64,000 nt of DNA, taken from contig CM120641.1 in the NCBI GenBank assembly GCA_051362555.1, positions 13,640,001 through 13,704,000 on the forward strand, in the 5' to 3' direction. Source of the stretch: Lingula anatina (Eukaryota; Animalia; Brachiopoda). This document shows positions 40,149 to 55,300 of this stretch, in pieces. The notes beneath the pieces were generated by a model. It saw only the letters and a list, made by a program, of their open reading frames with translations. It made no database searches and was not told where the DNA came from. Made by a program: the position numbers and the translations under genes. Each line of letters opens with the position of its first letter. Position 1 is the stretch's first letter.

Positions 40149-42817
40149 CTAGTATGTTTAATGGTGGATTATTTATTTTTGGGAATTGTCGGTTTTAAGA
40201 CTTTTGTCAGTTAGTATTTGCCCCTATTGTTCTTGTTGTGAAGTCACTGGTTCAAGGGTTCTTATAAATTGTTGTTCCTTAGTTCCTTTTTGTGAAGTTT
40301 TTGGGTCTAATGGTATTGTCATGGAAAGTTGCTATTCATGATGATCCTGTAACACTGTTGGTCTTCGTATTTCTGTTATAGCCACTGGGTTGTTATTGAC
40401 ATGATGTTACATTATTGTTAGGAATGTCCCCGTTGAATATCTGTTGGTGAGCTGTTGGCCTAAGGGTCCCTATTGCTGTGTTACTGGTCTTGGGTGCTTC
40501 TGTGATGAAGCCATTTGTTACAAGATCCTTTTTGTCATACATGCTGTTGGTATTCAAGGGGGGGGGGAGGGGTCTGTGGTAATTTTGTTTTGCCTATGGT
40601 TCTTGTTATGCTCTTTATGGAAGAGATTTTGTTGCGAGGGTTTGTGTGTGTTGATGTTTATTCTGGTTGCCCTCTGGTTGTAGGGATGCTATGGTCAATT
40701 CCTGTTCTTTTTGTTTCTCTCGTTAAACTTTGGGATCCAGATTCTTTTGCCTGACCTATCATTTTTGGGTTTCTATAGCCAAACCTCCAATGGCTAGTGG
40801 AGCAAATTTTTGTCACTAAGGTTAATTTGGGCAAGCATGTCAATGTGTACATTTGCATGGGTAGAATTGTAGTGGACTCAAGCAGGGCTTAGTGACACTT
40901 GCAAGTCTTCCTGTGGAGAAGACATGTCAAGTACAACTGGAGATGACTGCACTAATGCCAATTATGATTTTAAAGAAGTATTTGAGGGATAACCAGTGAT
41001 ACCTGCATCATTAACAATCTTCACCTTGATTTTTATTTTTTAAATCTATAAAATTGATCCAGTTGCTGTGAACAAATCCCATCATAATGGTCACAGAGAA
41101 TTTCTTCAGAGTTAAAAAAATCTTTTGTTTTGAGATCAAAGGTTTGTCTAAATGCCGTACTCTCTCATTATCGTTGCTAGTTAAAGAGGGGTGACAGTCC
41201 CAGCAGGCGCAGTGACAAGCCAGGAATGTGAAAGCAACCTCCAATAAAGGCCCCTGTGACAGAAATGGGAAAGGAATGTTGTGCACTAGGATCTCCTGTT
41301 GACTGGATATTTTTATGAGTTTTGATAGATGCACTTAACTAAGTCTGATCACTTTGTCAGTTTATGTTTACACAGCAAAAACAATTAGATGAGGCCAGTG
41401 AGGCAAAGTTATATAAACCTGCTATTTGTAATGCACTTGTCACATTGCCTCCATTGGCATTATTTATGAACATATGAACAATAAGTGATGTAAAGCAGAA
41501 TTAGCACAATCTGGAGAATGTTTGTTAACTGTCAAAGAAGAGAAAACATGAATAAGAACATGAATTTAACATAATACATAAACATGAAACATAAACATGA
41601 ATTTAAAAGTACTTTTAGCTCAAGTTTTCACATTTGCCCATGGAAAGGGTCTTACAATAATTTTAGGAAAAGAGCTATACCTTATATGAAATGAATTCTC
41701 ATTTGGCTTCAAGTGGAACAGCACATTATTTGTTAAAGAAAATTGTTGCCAAAACATTATCCATGTATGACTTTGTCTTGTATGTATAAGTATTGTTGTT
41801 CACCCATGTATATAATGATGTACCATCTGTAGGTCAGACTGGCAGGTTAATTAAGGTAGCTATTTGTACATGTAAAAAGTTCTTTTGATCCTCAGATTGA
41901 ACTATTAAGAATCCAGGGCAAGGTTAGAGTAAAGTGGTCAGCTTGGTGAAGAGCCACGTAAACATATAGTAGAAAAAGTTGTGGTACAAAAGGGCATGGG
42001 GCACGCCTCTTAAGTGTTATGGAAAAACCATTGAGTGAGTACCATTCCCCTGAGTTGCCCTCTTGGTTGTACTCTTGGTCGACTTGACCACTACACAGCA
42101 AGGGGATAATTCAACGCTGACCATTGGTCACTATTTTCTGGGCGTTTGTCGAAAGTGCAAATGATTTTATAAATTTATTTTGTAGATTGTGATCGCTATC
42201 AAATGAATTGTCTAATTGGAATCTTCAAATTTTAAAAGAAAGTGAATTTTCTCCCCCTAGACTGTGACTTTTTGATCCTGTTTTCCTGTCCAACCTTTTG
42301 CTTGCTAAGAGAACACTTCAAAGGTGAAGATTCCTGTGTTATGCATGCCTTTTTATCTGACTCTAGTCACTAAAGTATTGTCCACTGTATAGAGTGTTGA
42401 TCACTGGTCAGTTTGGCTGTGGTTTGAGTTTCCTTTAAAGACATTATACTGTTGTATTAGTTAGCTCTTCCTTCCTTCGGGTCAGCCTTCTTGACCCTGG
42501 GCTGGTTTTAAAGCAAATTAGATTAAATTCAATATATTGGCATTGGGCGTGTTATTTTACAATGATTTTTTTTAAGTTTGAAAAGGACTTTACACTAACT
42601 TTGGTTGTATTCAGCTTTCTTATTATTATTTGATGGAAAGATTGATTGGATAAGTATATATATCAGTTGAATGTTGGCTAAATCCTCCAGTGCCATTAAT
42701 ATTGAAAAGGTTAGAAGGTTTATTTTCCTCTTCAAATTATATTTATGTATGGAATTCTATAGTCAGTTTCTTTAATTTCTGCCTGCTAGGACCAAAGCAA
42801 GTCTTATTTATTGAGTA

Positions 42818-42818
<1 letters not shown>

Positions 42819-42880
<62 letters not shown>
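42819..42880. repeat. (ATT)n microsatellite
   Basis: Direct reading; explains the poly-I and poly-N ORFs. Confidence 0.95.
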
Positions 42881-42881
<1 letters not shown>

Positions 42882-45800
42882 CCTTTTTAAAAAGGCATTC
42901 TTACTGTTATCCTTTATATTTATAATTGTTCTATTGCTCTGAGATGGGTTTTTAATTAATTTTTGGGGGGTTCTATATAGAGGCAAGTTATCAATGGAGC
43001 TTTTAGCTTTAGTAGCACAGTTTATGCATCACTTTACCCCTTAGTTTGGAAGGGTACTTGGGAAGCTTACCACTTGAGCTTTTTTCATGGCTCACTGCGA
43101 CATGGCCAAACAGTGGATTAACAGCGAGTAATTATACAAACAACCTACAGCTTTTTATCTGCTGCCATGTTTTATTTTTATCCTCTCCTTGGTTGGGGCC
43201 ATGTTATAACGTCAGGTTCCCCAAGGTGTGTATCCTTAAACTTGTACACTTCATGGGTTTATCTTTACCAGTCCCTTAGCTAAAGTACCCTCTCTCTCAC
43301 CACTTGCTTATGTCAATGTGGATGCAATGCTCTAACAGACAGACACTTACCCAGTCCCTGCTTTCCTCTTCCAGTATTGTAAAGATGACACTGCTCTTAA
43401 GCCTGGAGATGGATTAGGCCCTCACAGTACCATGTCAACAACTCTCTTGGGAGTTCTCCAAGCTCCATTCAGCCTGACAAGATGCTCTTTTGGTTCTAGA
43501 GGGTTTAGGGACTACACTGAAATATGTGGAAACTTCATTTTTGGCAGCAGATTTGTTTTAGTTGTAACTCTACTGGAAGAAAGGGTGAAGAAAGATTCCA
43601 TTTAGCATTGGCCGTGATTCAGTTTGAAGTAACATTGTGAGGAGCTGCGTAATAAAGTTGCAATGCAGAATCTCACTTTGTTTGCATGTGGCCTATTCTT
43701 TGAGTAAAGCCATTGCAATCCCAGCCTGCTTTCGTTTTTGTTCTTTTCGGCCAACTTTGAAAATATTTGTTGAAATGATGAAAATTTGAAATTGAAAGCA
43801 CATTTTTGTGTCCATCTGATACATGCATAGAAGATTTTTAAAAGTTTGTGCCAAAGCAAGAGAAGTTGGCATATTTTGTGACCAATTTCAAATTTTCCTA
43901 TTAGTAAACATTTTAAATCCTTTTTATGTTTTGACCTTTTATTCTTAATTCCCTTTTAAACAAAAGTACCTCAAAGACAATATTTTGTTTTTGCCTAGAT
44001 TTTTGCTTGATAATAACACTAGGGGCTCGATGATATCTGTAAGGGTCACAGGTCTGGGTTGTAATGGCAGTTCAATGGGTTCCTGGGTTCATTTTGTTGT
44101 CTGTATGTCACCAGTATGATATGCTGAGCAGGGAAATGATCTTAGACATTAGGATGGATATCACAACATTTGTAATTCTTTAGCAGGTTTTTATGTTGAT
44201 TTTAAAAGATAATATGTTGTTCAAGTGCTTTTAATGGACTGTCACTGTGGGACCTACGAAGTTCTTCCTTGTATCGTTTGTCCCTCACACGGAGCAGCGA
44301 AAATTGAAATAATGGGGAGTTCATCTAGAAACTGGTGCTGAAGGAAAAACATTTGATCCTCGAATTACAAAACATTGAAGGCACCGAAGCACAACCCCCA
44401 TGGTAGAGTTGGAAAATAAAACTGGCTGGAAATTAGTGGCCCTGTTGTTGAATTTACATTTCTTTCTGTTCTGTTTTCAGTGCACTTGATTTTAATCACT
44501 CCACTAGAAGGGAGGACTTCTAAGAAGGAAAAAAATAAGTTTGCAGCAAATTCAATTTTTCTCCTCTGGCTATCGTAGAAGAATCAACTTCTATGAAAAT
44601 TTACTGCCAACATAAATTTTCCTGACATTTATATGGGATTTCCATATGGTCTCATAGAGTCAGAAATTTTAATGGAGCTAAAGATAGGCACTAGGATGAT
44701 CCCTAGAATGCCTCTCAGAAACAATAAACAAGAGACGTTTTTTCCTGCCCATGCCCTGCTTACGTTGCTCATCCTCTCTAGGAATGCAGCTTTAGATAGA
44801 AAACTCTGGTGGTCTTTTATTGAAAACAGATCACCAGAAATGAATGGATTTCATTGACATTTGTTATTTTCTCAGCAACAACACCTACACTTTCAAAAAA
44901 GTTTGACTTTTAACTTAGTTTACCAGAAGAGGCATGAAGCCCATTTCTTTTGTTGCTTTTGTTAGCTTAGGTAAACCTGCAAAGGTACCCGTTTAATCAA
45001 AATACAACAGGGAACATTGTAATGTAAACCTAAAAATAACAGGACACTAAAAGGCTCTTAGGAAGAATTATTTCAGGCAAATGGCGCTGTAATGTTGAGG
45101 GAAAAAAGAGTAGTCATTCTCTTGGACATTGGTTCTGTTTGTTGAAAATAGCAGTCAAGAGCAAAAGTGGAGCTTGTAGCTATTTGTATTGTCCAAGTGT
45201 GCAATGTATTATCTTTAGACCATGTGGGTGGCATGGCAGAGAGGCAAGGCACGCGTACCCAGACAGATATTGTTTTAATCTCCTAATGTTGTGATTGACA
45301 ATATTTCTTCAATTGTTTCTATAGCAGAAATCAACCATAATGTGTAGATGTTACCCCTGGAAGAAGTTATTCCAAATATGCTTCATGCTACTGTTACAAT
45401 AGCCACTGCCATTTAGTATGTTGTATAGTTTTCTGTATGTAATGTATATGAGAAGAAGCAGACTGATACAAAGGTGCAAACTTGCGTAAACTTTGTGTCT
45501 CTCATGGTAAGAGGCAATGCAATATGGAACCAAAACTTAACTGGCAAAAATCAATTACAACAGAAGACATTTTTGTCAAGTTTTTAATAGGATGACAAGA
45601 TTTAACCCTGAAAAGTCCTGCAAGCTTTGTTGTAGTGCAATTGTTTCCTCAACACCTTTCAGATGTTTGTGTTTGCCAGTCTGCCCAGGGAGCCAACTAA
45701 GTGGCAAGATACATAGGCATAAAAACACATTATTTAGTAGGCACGCAGAGAGCCTGCAGTCCAGCGCTGACAAAAATACTTTTAATGCCATGTTTTTTTG

Positions 45801-48800
45801 GCAGTGGAGTGACGACTTCAGATGATGTGCTGGTATATAGCTATGAAAGATAGGAATTTTGAAATGCAGTCGTTTGTAGTAGCTAGGCTGTTCAAGTAGG
45901 GAGAAGGGTTGTTGTTTTTGTACGGTATTGTCATTTTGAGTGGAGGGTATTTAATTGGACTTAATGGCTGATGGTGTTCTGCACCATCAGTTTGCTGTGC
46001 CTCAAAGGTATATTTTCAGCAAGTATAATCACTTTGGTTGCTGAAGAAAAAAAACATCGCCATTACATTACATCCTCTATTGGGCAGGGTTAGAATTGCC
46101 TCTAGAGCTGTTGACTTTCAATTTTGCTCAAATTTAAATTGCACTTTGCAGTACTTTTAAATGGACAGGCCCAAGTGTGGAACAAATAGGTGACTTAAAC
46201 ACTCCTCTTTTTGTTTGAATGAAAAAAAATTATGCATATGATACTAAAATGAGTATTTAAGATTATGTGCAGTGTTGTCTTTTTACTGTCGGCTAATATC
46301 TTTTCTTTTTTTACTCCATTGAACAGTGTTACATCAACCTCCCACTGCATTCCACAGTGTATCTATAAAGAGCCATCTTGGAATCTGTGGCTGGCGTCTG
46401 TGCTGTGATTGGGCAATGTGTTGGACAGAATGAATGTCTAGGGGACCATGGGCCTGCTGTGAGCAGCTGTTGAACACGCAGATCTTCTGCTATGTTTTAG
46501 CCATTCACTCATGAAAAGGGGTGGAATGAGGAGGGAAATTTCACATCACTTGAGGAGATGTCAACAGAAATATTTTTAATGGTCTGAAAGTTACTTGGGT
46601 ACATATTATGGGTCTTTCCTTTTTTTATTTCCCTTGTTTTTCAGTTGTTGGTGAAGATACAGAACAGACATACATTGCTGAATAACTTCAACCTAGTTGT
46701 TTTTGCCTCTTGTCTTTCTTAACATTTGAGTTTTTGTTAATGAAAATGATGGCAGATCTTAAACATGTAGAATTTTGTTTTGTCTGTTTACTTTTTCTTT
46801 ACAGCCAGCCTATGCTAGAATATGGGCCACACCCACTGATTAAGTGTTCGTTTCTATTTGCTGTCATTATAAAGGCATTGGTGTCCACCATCTTTACCCA
46901 GATGCCTGGTTTGTAGTTTGATCATGGTTGTTTAGCTTTGATCAACAAATTCCCCTCTTTAAAACCATGAGTGTTTTGAGTCCTTCTCTCCCCTTGTAAA
47001 CTGAATGGAGCTCATTGCAGAAGTTGTTCAACTCTTGTATCCCATATGCTGGCATTTATCATGAAAGAGTTTGCAAACAACATCCTTGCTTTTGAAGTTT
47101 TAAATTTTTCAATGTCTTGACCAAATTTGTATTCATTTCAGCCTTTGGACTAGAATGTTTGTTCTCAATGAATGAAACAGCAGTGTGCTACTAATAGGAG
47201 CTTACTCTTTTCCAGGAAATGTCAGAAATTACTTTTGATCACTGTCCTTTCTTTTCTAATGAAAACCAGATCCATCATTTGCCAGTGCTGCTATAATGCA
47301 TTCTGAAACAAGGAAATGTGCTGTGGGAGTGTTGAACTTTTAGTGAAAAAAAAGTTTAGAGAGTTGACTCTGGGGATGTAAATATTTAGAAGTCACCTGG
47401 TTTAGGCTGGATGAGTACAAATGTTTGCAGCATTGGCACGTGGAGCTTGCCAGAGTATTTATTTATCACCTAGGAAGTTGACAATAAGCAGGGAATAGGC
47501 CAGCAATTGCCATCTCTTCCCCTTCACTGTCATGGAACATGGAACTTGGAACATCCGAATGAAATTGGCTATGAAGTCAAGCTGTTTAAGTTTAATCACT
47601 AGCAACTCTTGCTGCCTTTCTTCTCTCAGCCAGAAAACAAACCTTAGTGCTTAAGGCCTATATGGATCAAAGGCTGCAATGAAATACATGGCAGTGTTGA
47701 ATTACTGAAAAGACTTGCAATCACACCACCGTCACTTTCAGTAAAACTCCTACAGCAGAGAAAATAAAAAGCAGATAGAACCACAGCAGCAGATCAGAAT
47801 ACCTTTACACAACTAAATTGTAAATAATTTTGCCAGTTTGATCATAAACACTCCTACGCAGATCTCTGGTTGTGGTCTTTCAAAATGAAAAGCAGGTTTT
47901 TTGGCTCATCCCTCAATGCCGTGTGCTAATGAATCACTGTGAGGCACCCTTGCCCACTGTTGCATCTTATCTTGTTCTTTCGTACTCTTTCAATGAAAGA
48001 GATACGTCTTTTATTCTCTTTGCTTTTGAAGTGTTCTAATTTTAAAGATTTTTCAATTTGAAATCTAATGTGGTAGAAACCTCTTAAAAAGATTTCCATG
48101 TTGTGAGGACAATCATCTCCAAACACTTGGTGGTGCTGCAAGGTTTTAATTTTTCTTTGCCTGATTGAACATCTCTAGTGAACAGAGTTTCTCTCTCAGA
48201 AAAGAAAGAAAAAATAATAGGAAGAAAGAGACCCAAAAGTAAAAAAGTAAGCACATTCTTATAGGTCTTACAAGCCTAGTATGTTTGTCAGCAGGTTAGC
48301 AACTGGCTTGTAATGTTTATCAGCAATGTCTGATTTGTTGCATTGAGCGCCAGTGTGGTGTCACATGATCAGCTGCAGGACAGACGGCAGGCGTGCGCCA
48401 GCCACGCTCCAGGTTACCCACTACTTGGGGAACATTCAACCAGACATTATTCCTCAGACCTATTAACATGCAAAAGCACATTCCTGTTAGCCTATTCATA
48501 ATCTGCTCTTCTTAATGTAGCCAGTTGCCAGGGCTGGCCTGTGATTGGTGAAAGGCACGTGCACACACTTGACTAAGCTTTGACATTCACATCCGCTCAC
48601 CAGGTTATTGGTTTTTCATGTCCTGGTAGGAGACTAAGCAAAGACATTAGAAATAGTGACAAAACATATGCTGCGGGATGAAAGCTTCCATCAGATGGCC
48701 CATATTTTACCATTTTCATGGGTTAGGAGCTGTGTAATGGATATTTAAGTTTTAAATGCTTCAGCATGAGCTTGAAACTTTGTTTTTCTCCAGAATTACA

Positions 48801-51209
48801 AGGGCTCCTGTTGAAAATTTCAGAAACAATCAACTTTTTAATATTTTTGAAAATCCAAGAAGTCATTAGATCTTTCTTTTTGTCATTCTGATTGCAATGT
48901 TGACTTTCAGCGATTCCTCAATTTCATTACTAGCATGTACCAGTACTTGGACAATTTGATTAGTTCATCTCAGGATTTTCAAAGGGTTTTTCAAAGTTTT
49001 ATTTTGAACCTATTCAGATGCAAGATGAATGTGATGGCAAAGGACGGAGATTTCCTGTGCACTCTAAAAGAGCCATTAAAAACCCAAGTGAAGAAATGTG
49101 CATGTGGTTTACTCTTTATTCCACGCGCATTTGTGAAACCAAGCAATGAATTTTGTTGAAATTGCCACATCAAAGTGAAAGATGCCATGACATCAGGTTC
49201 ACAATGATAAATGTTACATTAAGGGAAAGGAGAGCGGAGGAACAGATATTGCCCATTCTTGTGTGGAGAATCTTACTGTTTCTTTATTATTGATGGGCTC
49301 TATTTCTTTTCCAGCTAACTTTCACCTCTTTTTCATTCCTTGGTGGGGTATTTTTTTATGGAGTTCTATATTGGGTCCATTTTGAAGTGCTCTTTATTTA
49401 GTCTCACTCCCTTTGCTTCTAGTCATCCAGCCTGTAAACAGAAGACAAGGCAAGCTGTTTTTAAACTCTGGTCTCTCCTGATGGTATCTTAAAAGGCAAT
49501 CTTCCACTGATTTAATTTACTTTAAAAATTTGAGGTAACTTGAAATTGCTTAACCATGTGTAAGCTAAGGCAATACAGGGGTCTCCTTGAACCCATCTAT
49601 CAGTAGGCTGCAGTTGGTCCCAGTTTGGGTGTTGGCTGAGCAGAGAAAACAGTCTACAAGTTTTTTTCACACCTAGAATTGATTCCACAAGTAAATTTTA
49701 ATGGCTAGAAAAAAAGTTTTGTCTTAGAGCTACATTTAAAAGTCGTCCCCTCCTAACCATCCGTTCCTTGGTCTAACAGATGTCAAGGTAAATTTGCACT
49801 TCCCATTTTCTTAATGATCTGCAAGGAACTTTGTTGAGGGTCGTGGAATTTGAAAATACTGTTCATTTCAGGCTTCTGAGGTCTGTTTGGCATACCATCT
49901 GGAAGATGGAAATTGAAATTCGGCTTTTTGATATGAAATAAGATTTCTCTTGATGAAAATGTCAATCAAAACCGCCAAGTACATGCCAGCAGGGTTCCAA
50001 AGTCATTGAGAAATTTACTGAATAACATCTTAGCCAAACTAGAATTCCATTAGTTATTATCATTTACAAAGTCGGAATGGTTCCTCTATCCAAAATTCAA
50101 TTGGTTATCACAAATTTAACATTTACTTCTTTCATTGCTCAATGAATGTTGTGCAATTCTTTGTGGTTACAGAAAAAATGGAAACCTGTCAGAGGAGATA
50201 TGCTTTTGCTTATCTCCAAAATCTAATAATTCAAAAATATTTCATAGCATGCAGCAAGGGCAAAAGGCGCAAGCTCAATTAGTCTTGGCATGTTTTATTA
50301 TATTTGCCCACGTGCCTGTTAATGACCAGGGGTTGGTCAAGATGTAAATTGTTTTCACTTGTCATAATGTGGCAAAGTTTAATAAACTTTTGAGTTGCAG
50401 TGGAGCATCTAGATTAATATTTTCCAAGATGGTACCTTTTATTTTCAGAACTCGGCCACGTAGTTTACCTAGCGTTGAATTAGCAGGTTCATCACTTTCA
50501 CAAGTTCTGTTATGAAACGGCCATACGCAGGTATGGAGTTGTAAAAAAGGCCACCAGTGTTTTCCCTCTCGTCAGGGGTGTTGTATACCTTGAGATTCAG
50601 TTGAACATTGTAGAATTAATCCTTCAGGTGGTATATTGTGATCAGTTGGAATGTTTTTTTATCAAACAGATAGCTTGGAGAATGAAGGAGCTGAAGGTTG
50701 GGTATCCATTTTATTTCTGTTGGAAGGTTGAGATTTGGCTGTTTAGTATTTCTCAAAAAAATTTTTTGAATATTTATTAATGAAAAATGATGCAAGCATA
50801 AAGGTACTATACGAAGTACAAACACATAGTCATCATACCATTGCAAGAGCAAAAAAAAAAAAAAAAAAAAAAAAAAAGTGAAGGCATTTTAAATGCAAAC
50901 AATCCTAGCATATGCCGTATTTTATATTGTAATAATATAGTAAACAATTTCTTCTAGGAACTTTGGTACATAGATGCACAGCTGAACATTTTCTGAAAGT
51001 GTTTTTGTGAATGGTTATCTTTAAACTTATTCAATGCTCAAGTGTTGACTATATACTAAGGAAAAGCTTCTGACTTTCAGATAAAGTTGAGGTGTGTGGA
51101 ATCAGATTATTTGGTTTCTTACAAGCTGGTCAAGTGGCTTATTCACCTGTTCAGTTAAAGGTACAGGTAGCAAACATAAGAAGTTATGGCAAGACCCTTG
51201 GAAGGTTTG

Positions 51210-51259
51210 GTAAATAAACATATTACCAGTTACATTTAGTAAATAAACATATTACCAGT
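51210..51259. repeat. Short direct duplication (21-bp core, 29-bp period)
   Basis: gtaaataaacatattaccagt occurs twice, separated by tacattta. Confidence 0.85.
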
Positions 51260-52324
51260 CATGTTGGCACATATAACTCCTTTTAAATGTAAAAAAAAAA
51301 AAACATTAAAATAATCAGTTTTGGTTTTTGTTATTAATTTTTTCTCTATTTCCTGTGGTCTATGCTACATCTCCTATACAGCAGAACACCTACCTGTAAG
51401 TTTTTTATTTTTAATTTCACACCTGGAATTTGCCCTAGGTGAATGCCCCTGGGCAGGAGTGTAAGGGAGATCACATTTATTAATGCAGTTTGTTGTCTAT
51501 TGTATCAGATGTAATTTCTGTTCTTCTAGTTGTTGTCTGGCTTGTTCTCTCACTTATCTTCAGTGCTTATCTTGTGCCTAGTATCAGCAGTAAAAATAGA
51601 AAGTACCCTCAGATGCATCCTTAACCCCCTTTTTTTGTACAGATCAGCCTTCTAATTATCTGTCGAGAAGAGTTATCAAAAAATGATCAACTTCTCTGGT
51701 AGCTCTGGGATGTATGCAGCATTTGTGCAGCGGCAAGCTTGGCCTGCCCTATACCATAGGTATCTTGTAATTCAACATGGATGTGATTTAATCATACTGT
51801 AATATTTTTGATTTATTTTTTTTTAATTTATTTTTTAACATTAAAATTATTTCATTTACAGTAATGATAAATCAAAACAAAATCAAATGCATCATTTGTG
51901 TAAATGATGTGAACTGCTTTGTGATTGAATATAGGTACGTTTGCTTGATTTTAGGTCGTGTTTTTTTAAAATAAGTACTGGATAAATCACATGCAAACAA
52001 GTAACACATCACTTACATTTATTAAAAAAAGATAACACCTGGCGCAGAAGCATCCACAGGTGATCTGTAGTCTGGCCACATCAACATAGGTACGGGCTGC
52101 AGCCAAAGTGGAACAGATTCAGATAGCTGAATAGGTAATTCTTAGGATTGGGTCAACCCCCCAATGGTCTTTACACTACCTGAGACTAATCTAGAAGAGT
52201 TATTTGTGGGGAATGGAGCATGTCAGACCTTTCATTTTGATCTATACACAGATCTTGATGAGGGAAGGAGTCAGTTGGGCAGGGTCACTGCTCTTTACAA
52301 AAGATGTCTTTCGTACATTCATAT

Positions 52325-52326
52325 AT

Positions 52327-52377
<51 letters not shown>
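52325..52377. repeat. (ATTT)n microsatellite
   Basis: Direct reading. Confidence 0.9.
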
Positions 52378-52378
<1 letters not shown>

Positions 52379-55300
52379 TGTGCTTTAGTTTGTGAACTTC
52401 TTAAAATTCTTATATGATATTTACATCTCGGTCACATGTTAATGATGATGGAATGCAATAATTATTTAAGGGAATGTGCATAGTGGTTCATAGGAAAAGA
52501 ACAAGTCGTAAGTTAGTAATCTAACTTTTTTATTGTACTTGTTGTTATCAGTTGCATTTTTCTCGTTTCTGTCTTCAGGATTTTTTTCCCTAGAGGTGAA
52601 AACATATTGCAAAAAGTTATAGGCTTTGATCTATCAAACATTTTATATATATCAATATTTTGCATTTCCATGAGCATGGTCAATGGTACAGGACAGCTCG
52701 GGTGTAAGCACAGGTATGGCCGGTTAACAACAAACAAACAGGCTGTCAGGGCATTTATGTCTGTTAATAAACCTTATGCTATAGATTCTTAAAAGAGATG
52801 GAGTTTCCTTGCAAGCAGCCTAACCTTTACATATGAGCAAATAGTGGGTGTGAGAGCTGATGGAGTGCAGACAGAGCCTACCTGTAGGTAGGTAGGTAGT
52901 CTGTGGCAAGATGTGTCTACCACTAGCTTCTGCTTCATCTGCTCAGTCCAGGAACAGGTTGTTTCTGTGCTTGCTACGTGTAGCAAAATCTTTTCAGATG
53001 TAAAGATTCATATAATAGAAATATTTATTACACTGACAGATTCAAAACATTAAGGTGTAGCTGATTGTTGCATTTTATGCCCGGTTGTCTTATTAAGAAC
53101 ACCTATAATATAAAGAGATGCTGTTGATGTTTTGTTCAAGACTGAAGCTAATCTCTTGCTGCACAGTGACCATGTGATCAGGAATTGACATAAAATAGGA
53201 TTTATTTTATGAAAGTTGCATATTTGATGGTTCCTTTAAAGCAAATTAATTAAATAATACAGAATAAATTACTTTGATTCTGATAATGTTATGCATAGTG
53301 ATACGAGAAAGCTATAGATAAAGGGAAATGACAACACCAGTGGGAAATTGCTTGCAGCATGTTGCAATTGCCAATGGATTGAACACCTGTGGGATGAATT
53401 GAAGGAAATAAGTACTTTATAAGTTAAAAATCATTGATATTCACATTTCTTAGTGTTATTTATATAATCATCAAAAGACAGATTTTTCTATCAGTTAGAT
53501 ACCTTCTATAAACATTAAACTTGGCTACATAGCAAAATACCTCTTCTGAAAATAGACACTTTTGTTTTGGTGTAGGAAACCACCACAGAAAAGGGGAAAG
53601 AATGTAAAATGTAGAATGTTTCATTGCCATTCAATGCCAAGAATAAATAAACAATACTTAAAGACCACTTATCACCAGTGTAGCTATGATGTTTCTATTA
53701 CCCAAAGCAGACTTTTTGCAGTCACCTAATAGCAGTTTTACAGGGATGATTTTGGACACACAATTGATTCTGGATTAAGATATTCTATTGGTAAAACTAG
53801 AATCCAGTATCTTTAACCATATTTTTGTTTTTGCTATTGTGAGAAAACAACCCAGCCATTCTTATCTTTTGTTGAAATCTGTACTCTTCTCCATGGAACC
53901 CCTGACTGTATGCAGAACATTCATAATTTCATTATCTTGGGTTATTCTGTTCAGATCTCCGTCTGATTTAGCTTTTACAGCGGAAGTTACATGCCATCTT
54001 TTAAGTTGGGCACCTGTCGTTTGCCACTTGGTACTGATACATCAACCCAGCCTGCTTGATGGGCCTTTATATTCTATATATATTCTGCAGCAGGGAGACC
54101 CACCAGATGCAGCGCGGAGCTAGTGGTGAGATGGAAATAGAATAAGTGGCCATTGCAGTGACCTTTAACATAATAGAGATGATCACCAGTGATGCAATAT
54201 TGTCATTTTCCAGAATACAATAAAATGACCTATCTAGTCAGTATTTGCAGCTTTGTTTAAAGCCCCAGAAAAATGCGCAGAACCAGTCGGTCCAAGGCCT
54301 ACAAGATGTTGGCAATTTGAAACTCTGTCTCTGGTTGTGGTCATCTTGCATTGTTATCATTCTTCCATTTGGTTGTATAATGTTTGCATGAGTTCTGTAC
54401 CCATGTTGCAAACAATGGCTCCCCATGTGTGCCCCACCATGTGGCAGACAACTGGACCCCTTTGTGGCCATAGTTTTGTACACTGGAGCAGTTGCTGCAG
54501 ACAATTCAAAGCATCCTCCATGTTATTCTAACTTTGCTGTTGATCTCTGTGACAAGCAATGGTTTCCAAGCATGTGTCTGGAGTATGTGTGTGAAACCCA
54601 GTGGAAGTCAGAAGGGTCATTGAAGTGCTAGTTTAATTTCCAAGTTTTTTTTTTTGACTTCACTAATTTACCCTTTGGATTTCATCTGAAGTTTTTGCAA
54701 GAAGTATTTTCAGGATTTAGGGTGAATCATATATTTGATTTCGATTTTTGACAGTGTAACAACGCTTGTGGTGCTTGTAGAAGAGTGTCATTTATCTTTC
54801 ATACATCTTGATTTTGTGATCTCTTAAAACACTCAATAGAGATCTTTAACAGATTTTTCTAGCAGGTTATTAGATAAAATGCTTGCCCCAAGGGGGTGTA
54901 CAGTACAAAATATCATGAGAAATGGTTTGGATACAAGTGTTTGCAAGGCGTCTCTCCGTACATGCACAACTGGAAAAAATTACAAGTTTATGTAATGTGA
55001 ATAAGAAAAAAAACTAGCAAACTTGAATGACCCTAATAGTACAAAGGGACGATAATTCCTTTCAACACTTGAAACAAAATAAACATGTCTTTTGTTACAG
55101 AATTTTTTTTATGTTCGTAAAGATTGTTTGAACTTGGTATGCTGTCAGTGTGGCATATTTCTGGAAAAAAATAACAGTTTAAATTTTTTAATCCCTGTGA
55201 GACTTGGGATTCATAAAATGAAAACCATACCATAACAAGGGAAATTGCTTGATACTTCCGTTGAATTACATAACATGTATGAATTTTGATATTTACCCAT

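Noticed and set aside
40200-40750. G/T-skewed stretch with loosely recurring CACTGG/TGTTG words and Cys/Val-rich ORFs
   Set aside because: I could not define a repeat period; treated as low-complexity sequence.
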